Assembly (NCBI GenBank): GCA_002104905.1
Contig: MCFE01000469.1
Location: forward strand, 5,756-69,755
Source of the DNA: Basidiobolus meristosporus CBS 931.73
Taxonomy: Eukaryota > Fungi > Basidiobolomycota
Direction: 5' to 3'
DNA: 64,000 bases
Below the pieces are notes generated by a model. The model saw only the letters and a program-made list of their open reading frames with translations, was not told where the DNA came from and made no database searches. Shown one piece after another: positions 1 through 11,681 of this stretch (position 1 is the stretch's first letter; each line of letters starts with the position of its first letter). The position numbers were made by a program, and so were the translations under genes.

Positions 1-394
1 TGAGCCTAAAGGCATCACAAGCTCACCTGACTCAGTTTGCACAAGGTGACAAAGAGGGCCAGGTGCTGATATAAAAGTATCAACTGGCCAGCAAGATAAT
101 GTTGGTACAGTAGTGACCAATGAATGGTCAAATATGACTTGGGTGGCAAAACACTGGCTGTGATCCTTGTAATACTTCCTATGCTGTCTGCATGCTTCAT
201 GGCTGAGAGGCTTGCCACAATAGCCACATGGTCTTTTTTCTCTTCTCTTATGGCATTGAGTCAAAGTAGTCTTGTCCATGGGGCAAACAGTTTGACCTTC
301 AACAGCATATTGCTATTACAACACTTTTTGGTCAATACTCATGTGAGCTTAAGAGAGTCTTGTATTTGAGACATTGCACCTACATGAATGTAAG
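1..394 (-). pseudogene. Element X copy 1: 5' part of a CMC/EnSpm-like transposase gene (runs off the left edge)
   Basis: Reverse complement aligns to 50259-50649 and encodes KRPCGYCGKPLSHEACRQHRKYY, the Cys-rich N-terminus upstream of the Transposase_21 core at 51000-52250. Confidence 0.75.
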
Positions 395-915
395 TGTTAT
401 GAATAGACACAAGGCAGGAGGAAAAGCTAGGCATGGCAGGAAAGGACTTAGGTGTGGACCATCAAGGCAAGGCAAGATTCAAGGCAAGGCTGTTTATTTA
501 AGACCTGTGTTTATCAGACTGAGGAATACTTAAGGGGGGATAGGACTATATATACTTTTTGGCTATACTGATGCCAAGAAATATTAGCTAATACTAATGG
601 GGTTGTGGGGTGAGGCACAGCAGCAGTGCTGGCGATAATAATATAGAAGGCAAGGCACTGAGACAGGATGGGGAAATGGATTGGGTGACCAGATCATGTG
701 ACTAAGTCATGTGACCTGGTACTTCCATGTATGGTACTGGACTATGAAAAATATAATGGGAAGCTTCCATGGAATGTTCCATTGTGTAATAATGGTTTAG
801 AATGGTCAGGAACTTTCTGGAAGGTGGAAGAAGGTTCCAGAAGGAATCTCTTAGAAATTGAGCTAGGAAGCTAAAACTTGGCATGGGTGTTCATGGTTGT
901 CATGTGATCATGACA
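395..915 (-). mobile_element. Solo LTR (521 bp) inserted in element X
   Basis: TGTTATGA...TCATGACA termini; 5-bp TSD GTAAG at 390-394 and 916-920. The host is contiguous across the site in the paralog near 50255. Homologous to 8005-8374. Confidence 0.9.
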
Positions 916-2683
916 GTAAGATGCAATGTGACCCACCATAGTAAGCATTATAAATAATTGTGGACAGTGTGCCCATCAAAGGTAATAATACGGACTCCTC
1001 AGGCCCTCAGTCAAGTAGGGTATTAGAATCTCTGCAGAGCCGCAATTTGACCATTATGCTCAGGCAGATGAGAATGTAGCAAATGCAGTACCCTTAGTTG
1101 AAGATCAGCAAGTGGCAATGATAACATTACCACCACCCATATTAGCGAGTATGTTTTCAGCTCATACCAAAGCATTAATGAAGCAATTAGGTGCAGTGGC
1201 TGATAGGATAGATGCAATAGCCCAGAGAAAGCAGGAAATAGTCCAGAAACAGGATGAGCAGATAATATGTGTAGAGCTATCAATATCCCAGGTAGAGAAA
1301 GCAGTATCTTTGCTGCAAAGAAGGAACTCAAGTAGCTCAATGCCACAGCCAAGAATTGAGCCATTTTCCAATGTAACAGCAGAGGAACACCACACAATCT
1401 TTGAAGCACAACAACAGTGCCCAAAGATAGAGCCCACAGAAAAACCTATCACAGCATGGGAGGGAGGCAACGTGGTGTTTATACCAAAGCCTAAAAATCA
1501 AAAGACATTGAAGATCTGTGAAGCCATTGAGTGCAATAATGAAGAGTGGGCTAATATAAAAGAGGCCATCCAAAGTCTAGCATGCCATCACCTTGAGGCC
1601 AGCATACCATGGGACTATCAGGAACTCAAGGCCTAGCAGCATGCACTTGACTTGCTCCATGAGCATTATCCTAGACTCAAACAGGCAAACAGATTTTGGG
1701 CCAGCATTGGTAGGCTAAGAAAGTATCTCAACAATAGCAGAAGCTATCAAAGGCAGAAGAACAAGGGTGCCATGGCTAAAAGCCAGCAGCTTCCTCAAGA
1801 GCCCATTACAAGCAGGTCCAAAAGCTCTGGACAAGCATCAAAGAGACATCAGACAGCTGGAAGTGTGCCAATTAGGGACAAGCAGGCAGACATGGATGGA
1901 CCAGCAAGAAATTCATCAAGGAAAAAGCATAGTACCACTCAAGAAGCACCCAGTCAAAGTAGCAGTGAAGGACCTGGCAGTGATAAAAACCAGCTGCTTT
2001 TACATGAGCTTGTCACAACTATGGTTGACAGCTCAAAACAAGCTGAAAAGAAACATCAGGTTGCCAGAAGAGTGCCAGCAAGGGACAAGCAGGCCAAAAC
2101 AGATGCGTCAGAGCAAAATTTATCCAGGAAAACATAGTTCTTTATAAGAAGCACTCAGACAAAGTAGCAGTGAAAGATCTGGCAGTGATAAAGGAAAAGG
2201 TAAAGGGAAAAATGTGTACCCAAGCCTGAGACAGGGAGGCATGCAAAAAAAACTGCAGTTCTTGCCAATTAATGCCACAAGCCAGGAACAGACTGAATCC
2301 CATCATAGCCAAGAAGATTTACCAACTAGAAAACAGCCGTTTTCACAAGAGTTGAAAGCGCAGCCAGTTGAGCTACACTCCATCAAGGTAGATGGGTTTG
2401 CTGAAAAAGGCAATTTGTCCACCACAGCATCCACAGCCTTGGCAGCCTCCATTGATGACAGAGTGGAGATCCCACTGACAGACAAGGCTACAACGTCAAG
2501 AGCTTGAAAGACTATCACAATGCCTTCAGTGGAGTTTTGGAACATCCATAGGTACACCAAGAGGTTGCAGCACTTCTTCAAGAGCAGTGCTCAAGAAATT
2601 GCACTGGAATATTGCAAGGATTTATTGCAAAGACTGGCAGATGAGGAGCTAGAACTTGCAGTGCTGGCTGAAGACCAGGATGT
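916..2683 (+). pseudogene. Element X copy 1: accessory ORF of unknown function, interrupted by stops and truncated by a Gypsy insertion
   Basis: ORFs 1112-1636, 1652-2137 and 2214-2507 are collinear with the minus-strand pieces at 43600-45230, 48634-48767 and 49839-50151. Confidence 0.8.
1842..2200 (+). repeat. Diverged ~207-bp (69-codon) tandem duplication inside the X accessory ORF
   Basis: AGGGACAAGCAGG at 1874 and 2081. The QEAPSQSSSEGPGSDK and EALRQSSSERSGSDK units recur; also present at 44300-44680. Confidence 0.7.
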
Positions 2684-3754
2684 TGTAGTGGGGTGACAGT
2701 GACACCCACTGACAGATGTGCTCATTCCCACATTTTCTACTTCCCTATATCTCTACTACACTTATTTTAGTTTTATCCAATTTGTCATACCTGATCAGTA
2801 CTATCCTGTAAGCTGGTTGACTATCACACCTACTTACCTTAGTGCATAAGTTACCCCACACTATATGTAAGATTACTAGCTTTAAGTGCTTCTATATCAG
2901 GCAAGTACCCGCGCCAGTACCTGTGACACATGGTCAACCTGTGTCACCATCCCTACCATTTTCATACCATTTATGGTATCCCTATGTTACACAGGTTTCA
3001 GAATACAGATTCCTGATTGGTCAGATGTGCTGTGCCTCTTAGAATCTTCTGGCACCTACTTAGAATGTTCTTAGGTCATTCTGATGTCATTAAGATTTCT
3101 ACTGATATTTGGAACCTTATGGCACACCATAATTAGTAATCACTTAGCCAGTAAGAAATGTATATAAGGGAGGCTATCCCTCAACAATAAATCATCATCC
3201 CTTTTATTAATATACCAACTTGTTGATTAGTGCAATCACTGCTACCTGCTACTACCTGAACTTCCAACCCCAGACCACAGGACACTCCCAGGAAACCATG
3301 CTGACAGCCAACTGACCTTGGAGGCACTGCTTGTGAGGAATACTCAGAGTGTGTATCTTTTATTATATTTCATTCTTTCCCAAATTTGTCCTTGTACAGG
3401 CAAAGATACTTTTCTGTCTTTATAACTATTGACCACAGCTGCATTCTTATCAAGTCCCTGCTGGTGGAGTTTACAGTTGCTTTGACTTTGGGAGCTTTAG
3501 TACATTGTCATCTCAAAGGATGCTGAACCCAGGACATACTTTTGTTAAGACGCAAGCTAAGTTGGGGATTGTAGCTCAATAGCTTTCCCTTGACAAGCTT
3601 GTGGCATTATTCCCCACCACAATAGATTAGAGACAGAATCCAAGTATTCCTAGCAAGCTTTTGCCAGAGGTTATTGCACCCAGTGACTACCCCACACACA
3701 AAACACTTGAGAAGTGTTGGATGTATCTCTCCCTTGGACTTATACACCACCACA
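2684..3754 (+). repeat. 5' LTR (1071 bp) of the Ylt1-like Gypsy
   Basis: TGTAGTGG...CCACCACA; same length as and collinear with the solo LTR at 48768-49838; followed by a PBS. Confidence 0.92.
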
Positions 3755-3758
3755 TATT

Positions 3759-3775
3759 TGGCACCCAACATGGGG
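3759..3775 (+). promoter_or_regulatory. Primer-binding site, tRNA-Lys type, CpG-decayed
   Basis: TGGCACCCAACATGGGG equals the tRNA-Lys(CUU) PBS TGGCGCCCAACGTGGGG with both CG changed to CA; 4 nt after the LTR. Confidence 0.75.
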
Positions 3776-3893
3776 GTTCATACAAGCTCCCTAGGACCCA
3801 ACAAGATTTACCTTAAGATTTGAGCTGTTATCCACTTATTGAAAAGAGACTACCAATATTATCAAGATTACAACACCAACCTACCTGGCCAAA

Positions 3894-5239
3894 ATGAACT
3901 CTATGCCATTACCACTCTCACATGGAGCCCCACAGTTTGATGGAAAGAATGTGGAAAGCTTCATATTCAACTGTGAGAAGCTCTGCAAGATACTCAGCCT
4001 ATCTGAACACAAAATGGCTGAAGACTTCCCCTACTACTGCACCAATGATATTACCACTAAGCTTCTCAGACAAGGAGACATTCTCACTGACTGGGCCTTA
4101 ATGAAGACCTACCTACAGACCAAGTATGGTAGACCCCAGATATACTATGGAATTGAAGACCTCAGACACTTTGGAAGGACTGGACTTTCCAAGCTACCAC
4201 TTGAAGAGTTCATTCAACAATATGAAGATATGGCCAAGCCACTCCTAGAGTCCCAGGCTATAACTGAGTTTACCATGACACTTTACCTTGCACAAGGGCT
4301 TCCCCAGGACTTGGCAAGGAAAGTTGACTTGCATGCAGCCAAGGATGACAAGTCAGGCATTCCTTGCTTTGCAGAGATGAAACGTGTTCTCCTAGAAGCA
4401 AAGTAAACTTCCACCTTTATGAGACTCCTGATATCTAGTCTGCCAGACCAGTCAACCAAGGAGCCAAGGAGTGCTGTTGCTGACAATCAGACCTACACTA
4501 CCAACAGAATTGACCAACTTGCTGAGCCGCTACAGAAGCTAGCCCTCAAGATTAATGGCTCAGCTGAGGTAGCTACTATGGGCCAAAGACCTTTGCCCAG
4601 ACACTGCATCTGGTGTGACTCTACTCAACATGCCAGACAAGAATGCTCAGAGCTTAGTCAGCTACTCAGAGAAGGAGCAGTACAGTTTGATGCTGATGGA
4701 ATACTTGCTGACAAGGAAGGAAGAAGGATTCCCACTAATTTCCAAACAGGAGGGATGAGAGCCCTTTTCCAGAAATCTGACTCTGCAACCAGAAAGATTA
4801 CTGTTGATGCCCCTATTGGAACTCATACAGTGAATCCAAGCAGCCCTGACAACAGACAATACAAAGTTGATGCCTTTGCTACCAAAAGACACCTCCCTGA
4901 AGAACCTGCCAAACCATCCTTAGAAGACCACAATTTGAAGAACCTGAGGTTGTTATTGGCAAGCAGCCTAGTATGCTGCCCACCCAAGATCCATTGCCTC
5001 AATTTCAGATGACCTCAAAGATAGCAAGCTACTCAAGCCCTCAACTGATTACTGAGAAGCTGCTGAAGCAGAAACTCACTTTGTTGGTTGGAGAAATCAT
5101 GAGTGTATCACCATCTGTTAGGAAGACCTTTGATGAGCAGCTTAGAACAAGACAACAAGCCGTTGAAAATATGGACACCCATATAACTCAGACAAACCAT
5201 GAAGACCACCAAAAGGATGACAACACTACTGAATATTAG
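3894..5239 (+). pseudogene. gag: Gypsy gag (frameshifted)
   Basis: APQFDGKNVESF N-terminus; CIWCDSTQHARQEC zinc knuckle; split over ORFs 3894-4406, 4419-5012 and 4973-5239. Confidence 0.8.
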
Positions 5240-5263
5240 ACCTTTTACTCAGTTGCAACTGCT

Positions 5264-7671
5264 GTGGTGAAAGGGTATATATATGATGACCCTGTTAACT
5301 GCCATATTGATAGTGGCTCAGAGATTTGTGCTATGTGGCTAGACTTCTGGAAGTCACTCAGAAGCAAGGAGCTACTGCCTGTTGGTAGAGATATTGGATG
5401 GAACATGACTGATGCAAACTCAGTATCCAGTCCACTCTATGGTGTAGTGCACAAATTCCCTATTGAGGTACAAGGAATCAGGGTCTGGCTTCCCCTCTTC
5501 ATCTGCCAGAAGGCAAACTTTGACCTTCTGCTAGGTAGACCAAGGGAAACCAGTACCAAGGCTACAACTACCAACTATTCCAATGGGTCAGTATGGTACA
5601 CCATACAAGGATCCAACCCAGGACTACAGTTAACCTTCTGTGGTTTAACACCCAACAATAAGAGGACACATACTGCTTGCCAGAAAACACATCTTGTTAT
5701 AGAAAAAGTCAAGGAGCCTGACAATATGCACCCCAACATTTGGAGCTGCTCATTAGGTATACAGGAGCAGAGAGCTATGGTTTGAACAAAATTCAAGACA
5801 GTAGAACAGAAGATAAGACCATCACTTACACCTTTGACTGATGGATCTTGACCTGCTGATTACATTAGACCACCAGAAGAAACACCAGAAGATATACAAC
5901 TTACACCTGAGAGACTTAAGCAACTTATCATTGGTGATGGAAACCTAACACCAGAGGAGATACTATTATTTGAAGAAACCTTGAAAAGGCATGATAAGGT
6001 CTTCTCATATAATGACAAGGAGATGGGACTCTTAAATACATTGGTTGAAAACCTATCAAGATTCATACAGTGCCCCACACACCCTGGTCATTTAAGCTTT
6101 ACCCACTGCCCAGAGGACTCCAAGCTGATGTGCATGACCTACTTAAGAAGAAGATAGAAGCTGATATCCTAGAACCTTGCCATGGACCTTATGCTAACAG
6201 ATGGTTTGTGACCAAAAAGAAGAATGGAAAGCTCCAATTCATTCAAGACATGCAATCTACAAATGCTGTCACTATCAGAGATGCTGCTATACCTCCATCT
6301 ATTGATGACTTTGCAGAAAGCTTTAGTGGCCACTCCATCTACTCAACATACAATCTCTACTCAGGATAAGACCAGATCCCCCTTGATGAGACATTAAGAG
6401 ATATGTTTGCACTCCAGACACCACTTGGACTGTTGAGGATGACAAGACTCAGCCAAGGGGCTACAAACTCCGTGGCTCAGTTCCAGAGATGCATGGTGAA
6501 TGTGCTGTATCAGTTTATACCTGAGAAACTTGCTGTCTTTGTTGATGACATAGGCATCAAAGGACCAAAATTCCAGGACACCACTGAAGTTATGCCTGGA
6601 GTAAGGAAGTTTGTCTATGATTGTATCTCAGACAATGATGCAATATTAGGAGCCATTCAAGAAGCTGGACTCACAATCAGTGGTGAGAAAAGCAGCATTG
6701 GTGTATCAGAAATATCCATTGTTGGACAAAAATGCAACACCTTTGGTTGTTCACCTGGAGACTCCAAGACGCAAAAGATATGCAACTGGCCTACCCCCAC
6801 AAATCTAACACAAGCTTGTGGCTTTGAGGCAGCTTGTAAGTACTTTAGGATCTGGATCCCAAGATTTTCTGAGATAGCAGAACCAATCTACCTATTACAG
6901 AGAAAGAATACACCATTTACCTGGGGAGAAGAGCACAAAGAAGCCATGCAATTACTGAAAGAGGCCTTAGTATCTCTACCAGTTCTAAGACCTCTTGACT
7001 ATCAGAACACTGAATGCCCACCTATTTTGACAGTGGATGCAAGCCCTATAGGAGCTGGAGCACTACTTGGCCAAGATGATGAAGATGGCAACAGCTATGC
7101 CTGCAGATATGAGAGCTGCCTATTCTCTCCTAGACAACAAAGATACTCACAGATTAAGAGAGAGCTACTAGGAGTTGTGAAGATGCTGAGAAAACTGAAG
7201 TCACAACTCTACATGACACATTTCATCCTGGAGACAGATGCCAAGCCACTTATAGGAATGATCAACAAGCCTGACCTACTTGATGATGCCACAAACCAAT
7301 GGATGGCATGGCTGAAAATGTTTGACTTTGAGGTCAGACATATCACTGGCAAGACAAATGTTGTGGCTAATGCACTCTCCAGGAAGGGGCCACAATTGTT
7401 TGAAGACTTGGACCCTCACTTTGATGATATTATTGATGCAGAGATCCTACAGAAGGCCATCAAAGACCAAGAGAGAACTACCTGGATTCTGATCAAGGAA
7501 TACCTAAGGACAATTAAGAAACCTAGTTGGATGGAAATTCAGGAGTTTAGAAAGCTCAGGAAGAAGGCACACCACTACTATCTCAAAGATGATCTTCCCT
7601 TTACGCAAGTGAAGCCTGGACTTATGCCAAGATGAGTAGTCACTACCCCACAAGAGCAACTGAACATCATA
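5264..7671 (+). pseudogene. pol: Gypsy pol (protease, RT, RNase H), disrupted
   Basis: ORFs 5264-5785 (DSG), 6070-6369 and 6403-7635 carry the RT/RH motifs; in-frame stops between them. Confidence 0.9.
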
Positions 7672-7865
7672 CCCTATGAAAATTATTGAGATGATCCCGG
7701 CAAAAGGGCGCCACAAAGTGGATGTTTGTGACTCAGAGGTACTGATCTTGTCAGGACACCGTCCAGAGACTGTTGAAAAATAATTGCACCCCAGATTTCA
7801 CAAAAAACTTAGTCAGAGTTTTCCATCACAACAATGTATAAGTGGCTTTTAATTGGTTCCCAATC
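7672..7865. mobile_element. Terminal fragment of element X inserted into the Gypsy integrase region
   Basis: Starts CCCTATGAAAATTATTGAGATGATCC..AAAAGG.C.CCACAAAG, like 43544; aligns in reverse to 42160-42342. Confidence 0.7.
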
Positions 7866-7968
7866 CCCATCCCCCATCCTCTGGATGAGGGGGGGAGAAG
7901 CAACCAAGTGCCCCTCCCCCTCCACCTACCCACCGCAGGGGGATTGGTATGAGGTGGAGGGGGGGGGC

Positions 7969-8374
7969 TGTAAAGGGGCCCTGCAGGCCCCTTAAGGCCC
8001 CCCCAGAGAGTTTATATAGTCCCATGCCATATATAATAAGTACATGTCACATGACCTAGTTATATGATCAGCTGACCCCTGACATATCTCCATGTGATAT
8101 TCCAGTCTATTCTTTAGTATATTCTATCTTGGCACACTTACTGTGCCTCACCCCAGAACCCCATCAGCATTAGCCAATATCTCTCAGAATCCATATTGCC
8201 AAAAAGTATATATAGTCCTATCCCCCCTTATGTATTCCTTAGTATGATAAGCACAGGTCTTGAATAAACAGCCTTGCCTTGGAAATCCACCTTGCCTTGT
8301 TGATCCACACCTAAGTCCTTTCTTGGTCCTGCCTTGCCTAGCCCTACTCTCCTGCCTTGTGTCTATCCATAACA
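7969..8374 (+). repeat. Probable 3' LTR (family of the 395-915 LTR) preceded by a polypurine tract
   Basis: GAGGTGGAGGGGGGGGGC directly precedes TGTAAAG; ends CCATAACA; TATA-like and AATAAA signals in sense order; 8005-8374 aligns to the reverse complement of 395-750. Confidence 0.6.
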
Positions 8375-11321
8375 CCAGGAACTATCCAAGTAAACCTCAG
8401 AAGCAGTGAAGGCAGCTATACACTGACCCTTAAAGAAGTACTCTATGTGCCAGAAATAGTCAAGAGCTTACTATATGTAAGCAAGGCCACTGCAGAAGGA
8501 CTCTGCTTCAGCTTTGACAATTCTGGATGCAGGATCACTGATCAAAATACTGCCCATATTGCTTTGGATACCAAAGATCAGAATTAATACAAGTTGACTT
8601 ATGTTTCATCATATCTGAATGCCAACATAAGTAACATAAATGAAGAAGCACTAATGCTTTGACACAGAAGACTTGGGCACATCAACTTTGATTATCTGCA
8701 CAAAATGATCAAAGATCAGCTAATTTACGGAGTAAAAGTTGATACCCCATCTAGTTTGGAGCACCATCAGGCCTGCATATATGGAAAACAAGCCAGAAGT
8801 CTGTTCAAGAGCTCTGGGTTAATTAAAGGTAAGAATAATAAAATCTAATTCACTCAGATATGTGTGGACCTATGTAAAATTTATCCTTAGGAGGGATGTA
8901 GTATTTAATCACTTTTATTGATGATTATACAAGATACATGTGGGTCTATTGCATGGAAAGAAAGGAAAAAGCTATATCTAAGCTCAGGAAGCTTGAAGAC
9001 ATGGTGGAGAGAGAAACTGGTGATAAAATTCAAGAAAACATGCTCAGACAATGGTGGAGAATATACCTCAAAACTCTTCATCAACTTCTGCAAAATTCAC
9101 GGGATAAAGCAAGAGACTACTGTACCATAATCCCCTCAGCAAAATGGAGTAGCAGAATGTGTAAGCAGATTAATAGCTGATAAGGCAAGATCTATTATCC
9201 TTGATCACAATTTATCCTATGATTTTTGGGCGGATTCAGTTGCCACTGCTATATACCTCAAAAATAGGAGTCATAACAGAATACTTTGTGATTCTACTCC
9301 ATTTGAAGCATGGCATGGATACAGACTAAGTGCAGAACATCTCTGAATATATGTGTGTACAGCAAATGCCAAGAACCTGTCTGGAAATCAGCCAAAATAA
9401 GAGTCAAAAAGTGAAAAAGCATATTTTTGGGATACTGCAATGAGAGTAAGGCATACAGACTCTAAAGTACTAAAGCAAAGAAGCTGAGCAAGTCCAGGGA
9501 TGTGTTGTCTGATCAAAATTCAAAATTATCACAAAAAATGACATGAGATAATGGCAAAAAATTTGACCTCAGGTCCGCCAATAGTCATGAATGAATCAGA
9601 GCAAAACAATGAAAGCTTTTCACTCCAGAGGACTTTACAACCATGGTTCAGCCTGAATCAGTGCCCAGGAATATCCCTGAAGTGATCATTCCAGTATCAA
9701 ATGCCTGGAGATCCAACCAGACAAAAAAAAGCCCAAATTACTCTATCAATGATAGTAGAAACTTAGTCTATACCTATTCAGTCCATCTTGATGAGCCCCA
9801 GACTGTAAAAAAAGCCCTAAGTAGCCCTCAGACAAAGTTTTGGAGATCTGCAATGATTGAGGAATATCAGGCCCTAATGGAAAATCAAACTTGGGATTTA
9901 GTCAAATTACTAATGAATCAAAAATCAATTGGATGCAGATGGGCCTTTAAGTTAAAATGCAAGACTAGTGGTACAATTGAAAGATACAAAGCAAGACTTG
10001 TGTCCAAAGAATACTCTCAAGCAAAAGGACTTGACTTTACTGAGACCTTTGCATTGGTAGCCAAGTTTAATAATGGCTATTGCAGCCACACACAAGTTTT
10101 TAATTCACCAGATGGATGTAAAAACTGCATTCTTAAATAGAGAACTTGATGAGGACATGTATATGGACCAGCCTGATGTATTTGTTGACCACAATAACCC
10201 CCATTTGGTCTGAAAGCTAAAAAAATCTTTAAATGATCTCACACATTCACCAAGAGCCTGGAATTGAAAGATAGATTGTTGTTTGGAATCCTTGAGCCTC
10301 AAAGGAGTATGCTGACTATAGAATTTACTATAAGCCAGATAGAGAAAATACAGCTCTATTAGCTTTACATGAGGATGACCTTATCATAGCCACCAATAAC
10401 TTAGCAACATTGGAACAGACTAAATCAACCCTTTGAAAAGAGTTCAGGATGTCCAATCAAAGACAACTCAGTTACTACTTAGGCATGAACTTCTCCATAG
10501 ACCAAAGTACCCAGACTATCACCCTAAGCCAATACAAGTATATTCAAGATATACTAAGGAGGTATTATATTAAAGACTGTAAACTAGCGGCTAACACAGT
10601 GAAGACAAGCCGCAACATGGTCAAAACTCAACTAAATCAAGAGAGCTTGGTGCCATCTGAAAGCCCTGACTTTCCTTATCAATCTATGATCAGTAGTCTG
10701 ATGTATATTATGCTTGGAAGACATCCCGATGTCTTATATTCAGTGGGTGTTGTCAGCCAACATAATCAGAACTATGGATCTGATCATATTGCAGCAGTTA
10801 AGCAGATTTTTAGATATCTGAAAGGAACTGCTGATATCTGCTTAAAGTACACTTATAAGAATTCCAAACAGGATCTTGCAGGATACACTGATGCTGATCA
10901 GGGATAAAGTCTGAACACAGTAGTTCCACCACAGGATACACCTTTCTTTACTGTCAAGGAGCAATTTCATGGAATTCAAGAAAGCAACCAACCATAGCAC
11001 TTTCTACCACAGAGGCAGAGTATATGGCAGCCTGTGAAGCTACAAGAGGAAGCAATGTGGCTAAGAAAGCTTTTACATATTTAGGCCCATGTCAATAAAC
11101 ACCTGTTACTTTATATCAAGATAATCAAGGATTTGTACAATTAGGTAGAAATCCGACTTTTCACGCTAAAACTAAGACCATGGATATTATACATCATCGC
11201 TTTGTGAAGCTATAGAAAATAGCTTAGTTAGCTTGGTTTACTGTCCTTCAGATAAAATGATTGCAGACATACTTACCAAACCATTAGCTGGAGACAAGTA
11301 TGAATATCTTAGGTCAGAATT
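8375..11321 (+). mobile_element. Ty1/Copia C1 internal fragment (protease end, integrase, RT, RNase H), decayed
   Basis: SDNGGEYT, KARLVSK, SIGCRW and YTDAD motifs in Copia order; many stops and frameshifts. Confidence 0.9.
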
Positions 11322-11670
11322 TGTTGTAAGAGTCTTGGAGATATTGGAAGTGATTGGGGGAATAAGTAGATTATGTGGCTTTCACTTAATGATTTATTGA
11401 ATGTGAAAGTAGTATTTATTCTTTTACACAGTCTTGACATTACAAACACGTAGAATAGACTAAGGAAGGTCCCAAGAACATGTGTGCAAAGTTTGGGGCT
11501 GTTTGAACAACTTTGAGAATTTTCATGTTCTGGGTACCTGGTATCTTGGTGAAAATATTCCAAGTAAATCCCAACAAGGAATTAGGTCAGTATTCTCTAG
11601 GATTTGAAGGTGATGATCTAAGTGACTAAGTTAGGTGAATATTTAGGCAGAAATACAAGTTCTTACAACA
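11322..11670 (-). repeat. C1 3' LTR (349 bp)
   Basis: TGTTGTAA/TTACAACA termini; collinear with 50650-50998. Confidence 0.92.
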
Positions 11671-11681
11671 CTCCCACTCAG

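Larger units (their letters stand above)
2684..7671 (+). mobile_element. Ty3/Gypsy LTR retrotransposon, Ylt1-like non-chromoviral type; 3'-truncated at the start of integrase
   Basis: Order is LTR, PBS, gag, CCHC, protease (HIDSGS), RT (GPYANRWFV, VFVDDIGIKG), RNase H (LTVDAS, ETDAKPL, VANALSR). Confidence 0.9.

Noticed and set aside
7866-8000. Helitron 3' hairpin
   Set aside because: No CTRR terminus in an AT target and no Rep/helicase remnants; PPT plus LTR explains the context better.
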